A DNA stretch of 63,597 bases, filler included, from Octopus bimaculoides (taxonomy: Eukaryota): the NCBI RefSeq assembly GCF_001194135.2. It is 4 parts of 4 records of this genome, joined end to end, with 100 filler letters (N's around TTAATTAATTAA, not from the genome) between each part and the next. Parts side by side here need not be neighbours in the genome. Positions count along the whole stretch, not along the records: positions 1 to 24,377 come from NC_068983.1; 3 more parts are not named here. One strand, 5' to 3'. The position numbers were made by a program, and so were the translations under genes. A model generated the notes under the pieces. It was not told the origin of the DNA and ran no database searches. It saw nothing but the letters and a program-made list of their open reading frames with translations. Each line of letters begins with the position of its first letter. The stretch's first letter is position 1. Below are positions 1 to 12,813 of this stretch, one piece after another.

Positions 1-301
1 ATATATATATATATATAGTATATATAGTTGTTCATGTTTCACTTTCATTGTTGTTATTCTTTGGTGGGCGGGTGGCCTGTAAAATATTTAATATTAACCG
101 ATAAAACGTTACAATAATGTCTCTTTCTAAAGTGCGAAACATTCCGAGATGATGGTACCCACGCACTTGCGAAAGTTGTACACCAACGTCCACAGTAATA
201 TATGTGCGTGCACACGAAACGTGTACGTGTGTGTGTGTACTCGCGTGTGTGTGTGTACTCGCGTGTGTGTATATATGTATGTATGTATGCATGTATGCAT
301 G

Positions 302-333
<32 letters not shown>

Positions 334-2250
334 ACATCTGTGTGTGCATGTGTGTACTCGTGTGTGTATGTATATATACATGTGTCTGCGTGTACATGTG
401 TGCTTGTTTTTCCTATGACTTTCATAATGAAACTATTTTCTGTGACCATTGATAACTGAAGATAAGCTTTACAATGTGTAGGAAAGTTTGTTTTCATAAG
501 CAATGGTGTCTGTGTTATCTTTGCATTTAATTCAATCTGGTGCGGCTTATGAAGTGTTACATACAGCCTTCATTGAAAACTAAGCCGTTGACTGTGTGTC
601 GTGTAGCGTAATGGGTTGAGAGATATGTACTCCACGAACTGAGTGGTTGCAAAGCAAAAGCTTCTAGCGAATGAATATTGCCATTTTAAAAGAAACAAGG
701 GCAAAATAATAAAATCTCAGAAAAGATCGTGCTTCGAAATGAAGCGTTGCTACACGTGAGTCGAGACATCGTTTTAACATCAATATTAATAGTTAATAGC
801 TTGGCTATAAATGTGTTCTACTCTTTCTGTGTCTATGTCTCTTTGTTGCTTGAATAAGGTGGAGACAAATACTTTCTTGATGACGCCTATTGAAGCTGAA
901 ACACCGATCCACGACTGTTTTTTTATATCCAGACAATAAACCTGCCCTTTTCCTTAATGGCATCTCAATTTTGGAAAATTCTTGATTCTTGAGATTATCT
1001 CCCTTTCTCGTGTGTCTCAATAACCATTTGGCAATTATGGCACATTCTCTAAAATCAAAAATTTATGTATGGTATTTGATATACCTGTATTGTTCTTATG
1101 TTTATGTTCTTAAAAGTTAATACTTAGTTAGTGACAGTCAAAGAACCATAGGTAATTTCCTGGCTTACTGAGGCCGCGATACGGTTTCGAGTCACAAAGA
1201 CATTTCACTTTCTTTGTTGCTACCTTATGTCCCAGAGTAAATCTTGAACATGAAAAAAACTTTCATTCCATATTTGTATAAGACTTTGCGTCTTATAGCA
1301 AAATACTTTTGATTCCACGTCGTATGTATTTCTTTTCACATTTTGCTGTTTACACCATTAGAAAACAATCCATGTTACAATATTCTATGACAGCTGGGGC
1401 TGTTAGAAACGCTATGCTTGATCTCTGGGTGAAACGTTTTCTGGTATCTAGTTTTTCTCTTGCAATCTCGCTGCCGTTTTTGTCATTCGTTTCTCCAAAT
1501 GTAACAACCAATATTCAGTAGTCGCAACAGATTTTACCCAACCTAAATTCAAATCAATTGGCTTTGTATTAAGTCAACAGAGATCAGTGTTAATAGCAGA
1601 TAGTTTCAAGACTTGCTTTTTAATTTTAATACAACCGTTTTTTTTTCTTCAGTTATATATATATATAAATTTTTTTAGTAGTAACTTATAAAAGAACTAT
1701 TGTAGTCATTTTATTTCTTTACTGTTCAAAACCAGTCTGCATTCTAAATGTCACAGCTAACAATTACTATTAATGACGACTATGACGACGACGGCAAGAC
1801 AAGAGAAAACAACTGCCTGACTATTTCAACCCAACTTTACACATAGTGGTGTGTACTGCCAATTATAATACAAGACAACCAAACATCACTGATACCATTT
1901 CTTCCCACTTACGAAATAGTCACAGAAAGTTTTTTTTTGTTTTTGTTTTTTGTTGTTTTTTTTGCATTTGTTTAGCATTTTTTGTTGTTATTGTTTTCTT
2001 GTTTTAATTTGCTCTGGTGAGATGGTCTCAAATATTCACAGGAGCAAAAGTTTGGCAGGACCAGATGGGCAGCAGTCAGCTTCTTTTTTTTTCCGTATCG
2101 TTCCCACAAATGTGATGGGAGAAGGAATAACTGGGCCTTAACTGAGCCACGATGCTTACTGCTCCTGTTGTATATATTCGATTTTTCTTCGACCAATTGC
2201 AACACGAATGAGTTTCAGTGACTCGGCTTTCTTCTTGTTTCAAATTTTAA

Positions 2251-2281
2251 GGTGTTTCCATTATTTTGTCCAACCCCTGTA
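2251..2281. mobile_element. Solitary Tc1-like terminal inverted repeat
   Basis: Reverse complement TA-caggggttggacaaaataatggaaacacc resembles Tc1-family ends; partner end not found. Confidence 0.4.
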
Positions 2282-2814
2282 GTTTCTCAACTATTCAATT
2301 TAATCTTGCAATTTTGATTCGGATTAGCTCTGATTATGATTCTTGTTCAACGACCTCTTCCTGGTTAACGACCGAGGGAAACCATTCAATTATTGGTTTT
2401 ATTGGATTTACGTCCCTTGCCAGTTGTTTTCCTAAAAAATTTAATCTCAATATTCATAGCGGAAATTAAGGCGGCGAGCTGGCAGAATAGAATCGCTATC
2501 ACGCCGGGCGGAATGCTTAGCGGTATTTCGTCCGTTTTCACGTTCTGGGTTCAAATTCCGTCGAGGTCAACTTTGCCTTTTATCCTTTCGGTGTCGATAA
2601 AGTAACTACCAATTGAGTACTGGGGTCAATGTAAACGACTTACTCCTTCCCTAAAACTTGCTGGCCTTGTGCCATTATTCATAGAGGAAAATTATTGTCC
2701 AGTAATTATATTGATAATCTTTGTTAATCTGGCATGTGGTTAAGTGAAACTACTTTACATATTAAACCCCCTCCACACAGTCACCTACTTACTCACTCAC
2801 TCACTCATGTATGT

Positions 2815-3525
2815 ATGTCATTGTTCAGTTTTATTTCGAGATTTCTTGCCAATAGAGAAAGATCCGGTTTCTAACCTAGATCCAAGGCTCCTTCATTGAA
2901 ATTTCAACATCAACAACATGGTATTTTTGTATGTATGTATGTATGTAGGTGCAGATTTATATGTTTTGTTTTATGTATGTATTCTCATGCATATAGCTGC
3001 ATATCTAGACATGCTCATATATATTTAAATGATGAACTTCTGGAAAGTTTTACCGATTTTTACAGTCCCAGTGATGGATTGGATCAGTAGTCTTTCTGGT
3101 TTTGAGAAGCCTAATTTCTCAAGATTGGTATTTAGGCAGTGCGTTACATATCCCAGGGCCCCAATAATTACAGGTATAAACCTGAATTTGTAATCTGGAT
3201 AGAGTAACTGCAGGTTTCTCAATAGTTCAGCACAGGTGTTATTTTTTTCCCCTGATATTTAGCTTTATCTTAACATCCGTTGTGCAGCTGATTTCCACAA
3301 CTGTGCACAGTTTCTCTTCTCTATCCCAAATCATTACATCAGGTCTGTTGTCTTTACATTTTATTGAGGCTTTCACTGGGACATTCCGCCAGTATTCCTT
3401 TTTATTATGAGTGGCTATGGCTTCTACCATATTGGGGGTTTTTATTTCTTTTTCTTCAGTTTATCCTTCCCACGGATTTCGTTATACTGTGTCCTAGCTA
3501 CTACATCATATCTCATCGGTAGATC
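2815..3525 (-). mobile_element. 3' fragment of an R4/Dong-like element (endonuclease C-terminus plus 3' UTR)
   Basis: KDNRPDVMIWDREEKLCTVVEISC and FRFIPVIIGALGYV; shares a 31-nt 3' UTR motif with the 5.6-7.8 kb copy. Confidence 0.8.
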
Positions 3526-3843
3526 TCATGTATGTGTGTATGTATGTATGTATGTATGTATGTATGTATGTGTTTAACAGCCAGCAGCGGCCGGTGAATA
3601 TGCTGGCTGTACATTTCTGTCTCATTGGGCTTTGTCAGTAGCATGTACTCACCTCGCGAGTACATGTACTAACCGCATGCTAGGAAGAAAATATTAAAAA
3701 AAAGACATTTCATTTAATTTTTTCACAATTTAATTGTTTTTCATGCTTTACTCTTAGTTGAAAAAGTCGCAAAGACTGAAACCGGTATTAAAATGTTCTT
3801 CATGATAAAATTATTTTAGCATTTTCTTCCTTGTCCTATTTTC

Positions 3844-3875
<32 letters not shown>

Positions 3876-4056
3876 CAAGAATAAGGGCAGAGAATCGTCA
3901 ATTAATAATAGAATTAATAATTAACAATTTTGCCAAGTAGTTCAGTATGAAAAAAACCTTTATCGGTAAAACTATTTATCATTATAAATATACAGGGATT
4001 AGCAATTGAGTTGCTTCTCCAACATACTGAAAATTTAGAAATAGCAGTCAAGTAGT

Positions 4057-4782
4057 NNNNNNNNNNNNNNNNNNNNNNNNNNNNNNNNNNNNNNNNNNNN
4101 NNNNNNNNNNNNNNNNNNNNNNNNNNNNNNNNNNNNNNNNNNNNNNNNNNNNNNNNNNNNNNNNNNNNNNNNNNNNNNNNNNNNNNNNNNNNNNNNNNNN
4201 NNNNNNNNNNNNNNNNNNNNNNNNNNNNNNNNNNNNNNNNNNNNNNNNNNNNNNNNNNNNNNNNNNNNNNNNNNNNNNNNNNNNNNNNNNNNNNNNNNNN
4301 NNNNNNNNNNNNNNNNNNNNNNNNNNNNNNNNNNNNNNNNNNNNNNNNNNNNNNNNNNNNNNNNNNNNNNNNNNNNNNNNNNNNNNNNNNNNNNNNNNNN
4401 NNNNNNNNNNNNNNNNNNNNNNNNNNNNNNNNNNNNNNNNNNNNNNNNNNNNNNNNNNNNNNNNNNNNNNNNNNNNNNNNNNNNNNNNNNNNNNNNNNNN
4501 NNNNNNNNNNNNNNNNNNNNNNNNNNNNNNNNNNNNNNNNNNNNNNNNNNNNNNNNNNNNNNNNNNNNNNNNNNNNNNNNNNNNNNNNNNNNNNNNNNNN
4601 NNNNNNNNNNNNNNNNNNNNNNNNNNNNNNNNNNNNNNNNNNNNNNNNNNNNNNNNNNNNNNNNNNNNNNNNNNNNNNNNNNNNNNNNNNNNNNNNNNNN
4701 NNNNNNNNNNNNNNNNNNNNNNNNNNNNNNNNNNNNNNNNNNNNNNNNNNNNNNNNNNNNNNNNNNNNNNNNNNNNNNNNNN
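4057..4782. other. Sized N gap; others at 11064-11707, 12947-13211, 14337-14368 and 34812-34943
   Basis: Runs of N, mostly flanked by microsatellites. Confidence 0.99.
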
Positions 4783-5038
4783 GGGGGGGGGGGGCGTGTG
4801 TGTGTTTGTATACACACGTTTGGATACGTATGTATGTGTATATGTGCATATATGTATGTATTATACATATGTATGTTGGCATGTATGTATAAATATATAA
4901 ATAAATATATATACATGGCTCTGTGCGTGTGTGTGTTTATGAGGGTGTTTGTGTGTGTGTGTATGTGTGCGTATGTGGATGATATACTTGTTATATACAC
5001 ATATATACAACTACTCACACAGACGCAATATAAAAAAG

Positions 5039-5044
<6 letters not shown>

Positions 5045-5072
<28 letters not shown>

Positions 5073-5104
5073 GGGTGGCTGGCTGGCAGGCAGACAGACA
5101 GACG

Positions 5105-5163
<59 letters not shown>

Positions 5164-5218
5164 GGGTAGATAGATAGATGGGTAGATAGATAGATAGATG
5201 GGTAGATAGATAGATGGG

Positions 5219-5278
<60 letters not shown>
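5045..5278. repeat. (GACA)n/(GATA)n microsatellite; similar tracts at 9405-9485, 9725-9855 and 24490-24645
   Basis: Seen directly in the sequence. Confidence 0.97.
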
Positions 5279-5631
5279 GTTAGTCACCGAGAGAACAAGA
5301 TGACGGAATATTTATATTTTTGACGAATCCCAAAAAATGGTGGATGCAAGGATCAATGAAGAATATGTTTGTATCGAATACTTGGTGGGCGGTTGAATAA
5401 ACGACTTGCGGCATTTTGTAAACTAATTTACTTTGATTAAATAAATGATAATTAGATACTGACGCCAATTAAATCGTCCAAGACCGACTAATAATCTATG
5501 GAGTGGTTTATAAATGTGTGTGCCTGTGAGTTTGCATGTATGTATGTATATGTACGTATGTGTGTATGTATGTATGTATGTATGTATGTATGTATGTATG
5601 CGTGCATGCATATACATATGTATGTATGTCT

Positions 5632-7765
5632 TCTATGTTTTAATTATTGTAAACCTTCTAGTGAGGAGGGATCCGGTTTCCAACGAAGATACAAGGCTCC
5701 ATCTTTGGGATATAGTTAACACTGACAAATTCACATTCGGAACTTGAGAAAAGTCTTGCATATTTTTATTGTTCCACTCACAGATTGCATTTGTAATGTA
5801 CGAATCAGCCGGTCAATTTCTCTTTCTGAAAATCCTAGTTTATCCAGATTCTCTTTTAAGCATTTACTAACAAAACATGTGCTCCAATTATTATTGGTGT
5901 GAATATGGATTCATAGTCTGGATATAGAAGCTGGCGGTTTCGAAGCAGTTGTCCATAGATATCCTCTTTTACTTTGATTTTCAAAAAGATATTTATATCT
6001 GCAGAGCAGCTGACCTCTATGATGGTACATACCTTTGCCCCTCTGTCTCAAACAATAATATTTGGTCTGTTATGTTTACATTTGACGGAAGTTTTGATGG
6101 AAATATTCCACCAGTATTCCTTGAGTTGGTGTTTATGAATGTATTCCATAACAAAGGGATTTTCTAAGTTTATTTCAGGACAGTCTTTTTTGCGGATGAT
6201 ATTGTATATTGTTTCAGCGACAACATCGTGCCACATAGGGAGGTAGTACTGTGATGACATTTTAGGACAGCTGCTAATCACATGAGTGATGTCTTCCACA
6301 GAAGCATGACATACGATTGCACCTTGGGATTACAAGAGCGTCACGGTCTCTTTTGTTCACCAGGTACTTTGTGGCAATCTCCTGTTCCTGCATTGCAAAC
6401 GTATAGCCTTCGGAGTGTGATGGGATGTAGTGGTCTTGCGTCCAAGAGAGGCTGTGCTTCGTGTCAATTCTACTGTCTTCTTCAAGCTTCCGGGCAACAA
6501 ACCCATGCATAATGGGGTTTTTTTTTGTATGCTGAGCGCTTTTCCATCCAGTTCTTCTCTGAGGTAAGAGAGCCCAGCTGTTTTGGGGCTGTATAGGAGA
6601 TCATCAGGAAGAAAGTGCTTCCTGAGGAGTTCACTGCCAACTCGTACAATGTGGTTCACTTCACTTTTCAGCACTGCATTTATATATTTATCTTTGCTGC
6701 TTTTGTTTAGCAAGTGCTGCCTGGGTGATACCATACGGCATTCGAAGGCCGTCTGCACTGATCTCAGGCCTCTACCACCTTCATTTCTTCTTAGGTAGAG
6801 CCTGTAAACATCACTGTTTCTGTCGAAGTTCCCAGTTGTTGTCAGGATTTTGCGGGTTTTGATATCTATGGAGTGGATTTCCTCTACAGACCAATCAAGT
6901 ATCCCAAATGTTGGGATCAGCACTGGTACTGCAAATGTATTGTGGGATATTGTTTTGTTGTAAGAGGAGAGTTCCGATTGCCATATTTTCCTAAGTCTGG
7001 TGTAATATTCTCGGGTCACTCTATTTTTATTCACAGTGCCCTCGTGTGACACATTTTCGTTTATGCCTAGGCGCTTGTAACATTCTTTGTGTGGAATGAG
7101 GAAGATAAAGAGACCGTTGATGCACAGGTTTGAGGTTTGGGAGACTGACTTTATTCGCTCTATAACCAAATATGAACATTAACTTTTGGCCAAATTCCAT
7201 GCCTATATCAGCTGAAAATGTTGTTATTAATTCCATTTTTTTTTTTTTTTTTTTTTGGCAGTGTTAAGACTTTTAACATAAGATTATGAGTTACATAAGA
7301 AATTATGAGTTACATTGATATTTCTTGAAGTTGAAGATCTTAGCATGTAACCATTTGTTTTCTGCAGTAAAAACGATAATGGATTCAGTGCCAAAATGAA
7401 AAGAAGTACAGAAAGACTATCCCCCTGGAATATTCCCTTTGTAATAGCTATACTATCAGAAACAGTTATTCTGTTGTCAGTTGTAAGGGTAAGAATAGTT
7501 GTCCATGCCTTTGTGAGTCTCTCTATAGCAGCTATTAGGGTGGTGGGTACTTTTGCCGGGTGCAGGCATTTCAACAGCCATGAATGAGGGATAGAGTCGA
7601 ATGCCTTCCTATAGTCAAGCCATACTGTCACAAGGTTTCTACGCTGTTCTCTTACTCCCGACAGTACAGCTTTGTTTATTAAAAGTTGTTCGGCACATCC
7701 CCACACTCCTTTCTTTCCACCAGTCATAATGTTGCCCGATTCACAATGCTCGTGGAGAAATTGGT
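5632..7765 (-). mobile_element. Decayed R4/Dong-like non-LTR retrotransposon (RT plus restriction-like endonuclease), 5'-truncated
   Basis: ORF fragments WLDYRKAFDSIPHSW, GIFQGDSLS, LYLRRNEGGRGL, THVISSCPK, KHNRPN; frameshifts and stops; the expected DD catalytic site is replaced by a short duplication near 7284-7315. Confidence 0.85.
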
Positions 7766-7767
7766 TG

Positions 7768-7822
7768 ATGTGTGTATGTGTATGTATATATATATATATG
7801 TATATGTATGTAGGTATGTATG

Positions 7823-7912
<90 letters not shown>
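7768..7912. repeat. Compound (TA)/(TATG)/(TG)n microsatellite; other TG/CA tracts at 225-410, 16500-16700, 17550-17678 and 24812-24870; (CT)n at 14205-14336; (ATT)n at 18328-18378
   Basis: Seen directly in the sequence. Confidence 0.97.
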
Positions 7913-7915
<3 letters not shown>

Positions 7916-9405
7916 ATATGTATACATCTATATGTAATTTGTGCGGTCAGCAAACGCAAAACAGAAAATGCAGAAACGTTTGAACGGAACGGTTTTCCTC
8001 CTTTAACCTTTCACTTCCCAATCAAACTGAATTGAAGCACACATTCTCTCTTTCTGTCGTCCATCGTAAACGCTGAGTTGTTTAATTATATCGTTTCCCT
8101 GCCTACAGCCGACACAATTTCCGACTAACTACACATCATGTTGTTCCTCTCTGCGTCCAGGTCGTCTCCTAAGAAATTAAATCTAAACATGTTTTCACTT
8201 GATCTTAGACACTCTACATGTTAGATGTCTTTCATTTATTTTATTCCACTTCATCCTCTTCATTCTCTTTCTCTTCTTCTTCTACTACTTTTATTTCTTT
8301 TTTCTCTCTTTCTTCCCCTTCTGTTTTACTTATTTTCTTTTCTTTTTCATCTTTATCTCACTTCTTTTCTTCCTCCTCTCTTTTACCTATTTCAAGCAAC
8401 ATACGATAATGCTGTAGTTTGTTCAAGCATAAATTTGTACTTTCATGTTGTATAATAAAGGAAATTCAACTTGATGGACAGCAATTTTCCAGACGCAACT
8501 GGCTAAATCTGACCTTGTGATCATCAAATTAATGTATTGTTGGATTGGCAGAAATCAGAAACGATAACATATGTTCGTGCTTGCTTCTATAACATTTATT
8601 CAGCCAGTGAAATAACATGACTCTATAATAGAAATCCGGATGTAAGAGGCAAACATGCGCACAGAAGCCGAGATGGCTGTAGCCGTGAAGTTAGAGCTCG
8701 TTTTGCAATCACATGATCCAGGTTCAATCTCTGTTGAATGTCATTATGAGCAAACGCAATACACGGACAAAAGCTTCCCACACATTGGAGATTGATTCAT
8801 ATTTCAATAGGAAAAGTTTGTTGGGCATCATTTCAAATCCTGTTGGCAACCAAAACATAAACTGACTTTGCAATTCTGACAACACCGTTTTCAAAAAATG
8901 TTTTTAATTATGTACTGTTTGCCGAAAGTATACTTTCAGCCTCGTGTTGCCGTATAATTATTCAACAATATTAATAGTAAAATAGTATCTGAGGACACGA
9001 CTTGTGTTAGAGTCTAAGCTAAATGTGCACAATAAGATCAAAGCATCTTTTTGATGAGGAATAAGGCAAGAGTAATGTTTAACAATAAGGATGGATGACA
9101 AGAGATTGATCGGAGAACGCGTAAACTAATGACGAGGAACGTGGAACTGACCCCTAAGAGTTGTGTGACAAGATTTTGTGTAAAGAGTGAAAGGGGGGGG
9201 GAGTGGTGAGCTGAGAGTGTTGAGTAACAGAAGAGAACAGTTTTGCGAGGTTTTTCAAGGGGAAAGAAGAAGAAACGTATGAAGCAGCGGAAATGTTGGG
9301 AAGCTTCAAAGTGAATGATGCAGCAGAGGCCAAAATATAGGGGAAAGAGTTGGGAAGGAAGAAACAGGAGAAAACTTGGCATGACAAGAAAATGCAGATA
9401 GAAAA

Positions 9406-9443
<38 letters not shown>

Positions 9444-9490
9444 GGGTAGGTAGGTAGGTAAGTAGGTAGGTAGGTAGGTAGAAAGATAGG

Positions 9491-9722
9491 GAGGCGGCGA
9501 GCTGGCAGAAACGTTAGCAGGCCGGGCGAAATGCTTAGCGGTATTTCGTCTGTCTTTACGTTCTGAGTTCAAATTCCGCCGAGGTCGACTTTGCCTTTCA
9601 TTCTTTCGGGGTCGATAAATAAAGTACCAGTTACGCACTGTGGTCGATGTAATCGACTTAATTCCTTTGTCTGTCCTTGTTTGTCCCCTCTATGTTTAGC
9701 CCCTTGTGGGCAATAAAGAAAT

Positions 9723-9724
<2 letters not shown>
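9491..9724 (+). mobile_element. SINE family A, full copy; others at about 2468-2676(+), 10335-10490(+), 14660-14850(-), 17990-18105(-), 25808-25925(+), 25983-26125(+), 29790-29930(+), 33950-34160(-), 38375-38737(-, two adjacent), 39365-39530(-), 44140-44345(+)
   Basis: Dispersed copies of ggcggcgagctggcagaaacgttagc...gttctgagttcaaattccgccgaggtcgactttgcc with B-box-like GAGTTCAAAT. Confidence 0.9.
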
Positions 9725-9761
<37 letters not shown>

Positions 9762-11759
9762 GTAGATAGATAGATAGATAGATAGATAAGTTGATTGATA
9801 GATAGATAGATAGGTAGGTAGATAGATAGGTAGGTAGGTAGGTAGGTAGGTAGGTAACCACTAAAGTGAATTTAATCTTAATTTACTTTACATTAAACAC
9901 TAGTTTCCTCAATTCCTGAGCAGGAAAAATTGGTGAAACAGTCCTATCTCTCTGCCACCCTAGGAAAAAGAAAAGGAAAGTGGTCATCGAGTGATTCGTC
10001 CACACCAATAACGAAGTAAGCATTCTAAATGAGAAACTGTGAAATAACCGCTGGCTGTTGGTCGGCCATTATTAACTGGCTACGTAATAAAATACTTTTA
10101 ATAAATTCTACAACACTTAAGATGTTAGCTTGATATTAACAAGAAGACCTTCACGAACTCTAATGTCTCTGGTGAAGATACATACATTCATTTTATTGAA
10201 TAGATCCAAAATGATGAAGTGAAATTAAGTATATTTCTTCAGACATCTGTTTTATTTCATTTTTCACCCAGTAAATCTACTCAATTTGAAGACCTCGTAC
10301 CTTCGCTAATAATTCGTTAATATTTGAGACAACTCGAGGCGACGAACGGTCAGAATTGTTAACACACCGAGGAAAATGCTTAGCGGCCTTTCGTCTGTTT
10401 TTACGTTCTGAGTTCAAATTCCACTGAGGTTGATTTTGCCTTTCAACTTTTCGGGGTCGATAAAATAAGTACCAGTTGAGCATTGGCAGAAACCAGAAAC
10501 GGGGGAAGGTATGTCGAAATTTAAACTCACCATTTTAGACATATCTGTGTAGTTACAGGAATGAGGCATAAAAATAGAAAGGGAGCCAAGCTTCAATGAA
10601 AATCGTTTACGTATGTATACGATAGAAATTACTTTATTTTAATTGAATTCTGATTTTCATAATTACATTGATGAAGTGGATTATATTAAGTATTCGTTAC
10701 TTCATCTTGGTAAAAGATTAAGCAGCCTAACTAATCTGTTACCTACCAACCAGAAAGAAAGGGAAAGAAAGGGGAAAAGGAATATAAGAATACATGTAGG
10801 CACAAATATTTATGCATGTATGTATGTATGCATGCATGCATGTATGTATCTGTGTATGTGTGTAGAGGCTGCAGGTGAGAGCTACATATAACTCAGTATA
10901 GAAGACACATAGCAGTGCTCAAGTGAATTGGAACTCCGAATTCTTCATCCGGCGCAAGACGCACAAGAATGACCATAAGAGAAGTCAAAGGTGAGCTGAT
11001 GTGGAGGTAGCGATGCAGATAAACACAATTCGGCTTCACAAATTTGTACTTATATATGCATATNNNNNNNNNNNNNNNNNNNNNNNNNNNNNNNNNNNNN
11101 NNNNNNNNNNNNNNNNNNNNNNNNNNNNNNNNNNNNNNNNNNNNNNNNNNNNNNNNNNNNNNNNNNNNNNNNNNNNNNNNNNNNNNNNNNNNNNNNNNNN
11201 NNNNNNNNNNNNNNNNNNNNNNNNNNNNNNNNNNNNNNNNNNNNNNNNNNNNNNNNNNNNNNNNNNNNNNNNNNNNNNNNNNNNNNNNNNNNNNNNNNNN
11301 NNNNNNNNNNNNNNNNNNNNNNNNNNNNNNNNNNNNNNNNNNNNNNNNNNNNNNNNNNNNNNNNNNNNNNNNNNNNNNNNNNNNNNNNNNNNNNNNNNNN
11401 NNNNNNNNNNNNNNNNNNNNNNNNNNNNNNNNNNNNNNNNNNNNNNNNNNNNNNNNNNNNNNNNNNNNNNNNNNNNNNNNNNNNNNNNNNNNNNNNNNNN
11501 NNNNNNNNNNNNNNNNNNNNNNNNNNNNNNNNNNNNNNNNNNNNNNNNNNNNNNNNNNNNNNNNNNNNNNNNNNNNNNNNNNNNNNNNNNNNNNNNNNNN
11601 NNNNNNNNNNNNNNNNNNNNNNNNNNNNNNNNNNNNNNNNNNNNNNNNNNNNNNNNNNNNNNNNNNNNNNNNNNNNNNNNNNNNNNNNNNNNNNNNNNNN
11701 NNNNNNNTATATATATATGCATCCCGCCCACGGTGCTGCACTTGCCCCTACCTCTCCAA

Positions 11760-12120
11760 CACCACCATCCTCACAGGCATCCAGCATCGTCCCTATCATA
11801 TCACCGACTCTTTTACCTGCACTTCTAGCAACCTCATTTACTGCATCTCCTGCTCTTTCTGCTTCTCTCTGTACATCGGTCAAACGGGAAGCGCTTGGCT
11901 GACCGGTTCGCGGAGCACCTCCGAGACATCAGACTCGGCAATGACACCCCGGTCTCGCGCCATTTCCGCTCTACCGGTCATTCACTACAACACCTATCTG
12001 TTTTCGGATTGTCTTTGCACAAGGGCCATCTGGACTCCCTCCTTCACCGTGAACAGGAATTAATCTTCTCTCTTCGCACCTTTGTGCCATATGGGTTCAA
12101 CTCCCATCTCTCTTCACTCT
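11760..12120 (+). mobile_element. Penelope-like element, GIY-YIG endonuclease region, frameshifted
   Basis: FTCTSSNLIYCISCSFCFSLYIGQTG, then after a frameshift ADRFAEHLRDIR...PVSRHF...REQELIFSLRT. Confidence 0.88.
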
Positions 12121-12559
12121 TACCTACCTCTCCTCTCCTCTCTTCCTCTGACACCTACTTCCTCTCATCACTCCTACCCACCTTCACCCGGACAACACCC
12201 ACACACACCCCACTCGCACATCCCCCACCTCTAAACCCTCATACCACCCTCCCATACCACACCTACACACACCCATGCCACACCACCTACATCCCCACAC
12301 CACTCCACACCACTCGGCACACACTAGCACTGACCACTTTCCAGCACCCGCACCACACACCATCATCTGCACCCCCACACACCATCATCCACACACGCAC
12401 ACATTAAGGACGCACACGCTTACACACGCACACATCCACACACGTCAAAATCACTAGCTCCTATCCACACACATAAACACACTTACACATACACACACAC
12501 GCATGCGCGCCTTCGTTTTGTGATCACCAATACTTTATTATCTTCCCTTCTTTCTACCT

Positions 12560-12772
12560 CTCCTATTAAGCTTTTTTTCCCAACCAGTCACCATGCTTGA
12601 TCCACAAGTTCTCTTTCTGTTAATTTTCTCTTATTCCTTTGTGTTGAAGAGCGTAGGCTCGAAACGTAAAAGACTTTTTCATTTTCCTGAGTGTCAATAC
12701 ACCTGCCTATTGCTCATGCATCTGTCTTCGACATTTGATTTTCTGTAAATTTCAGCTACATATATATATATA
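12560..12772 (+). mobile_element. Probable Penelope pseudo-LTR with a hammerhead-like motif (12637-12672)
   Basis: Downstream of the GIY-YIG fragment; contains gaagagcgtaggctcgaaacgt and ends at a (TA)n tract. Confidence 0.55.
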
Positions 12773-12775
12773 TAT

Positions 12776-12813
<38 letters not shown>

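Noticed and set aside
32-503. His/Thr/Tyr/Val/Cys-rich ORFs here and at many other sites (4.8-5.7, 7.7-8.0, 14.2, 16.4-16.9, 17.5, 24.4 kb)
   Set aside because: They are translations of TA, CA, TATG, GATA and CT microsatellites.
2060-2141. FN3-like string FFFRIVPTNVMGEGITG on the + strand
   Set aside because: Depends on a poly-T run, ends in a stop, and has no donor or companion exons.
3914-5018. Long ORFs containing X runs (also 10.9-12.1, 12.9-13.3 and 34.6-35.1 kb)
   Set aside because: They are open only because they cross N gaps.
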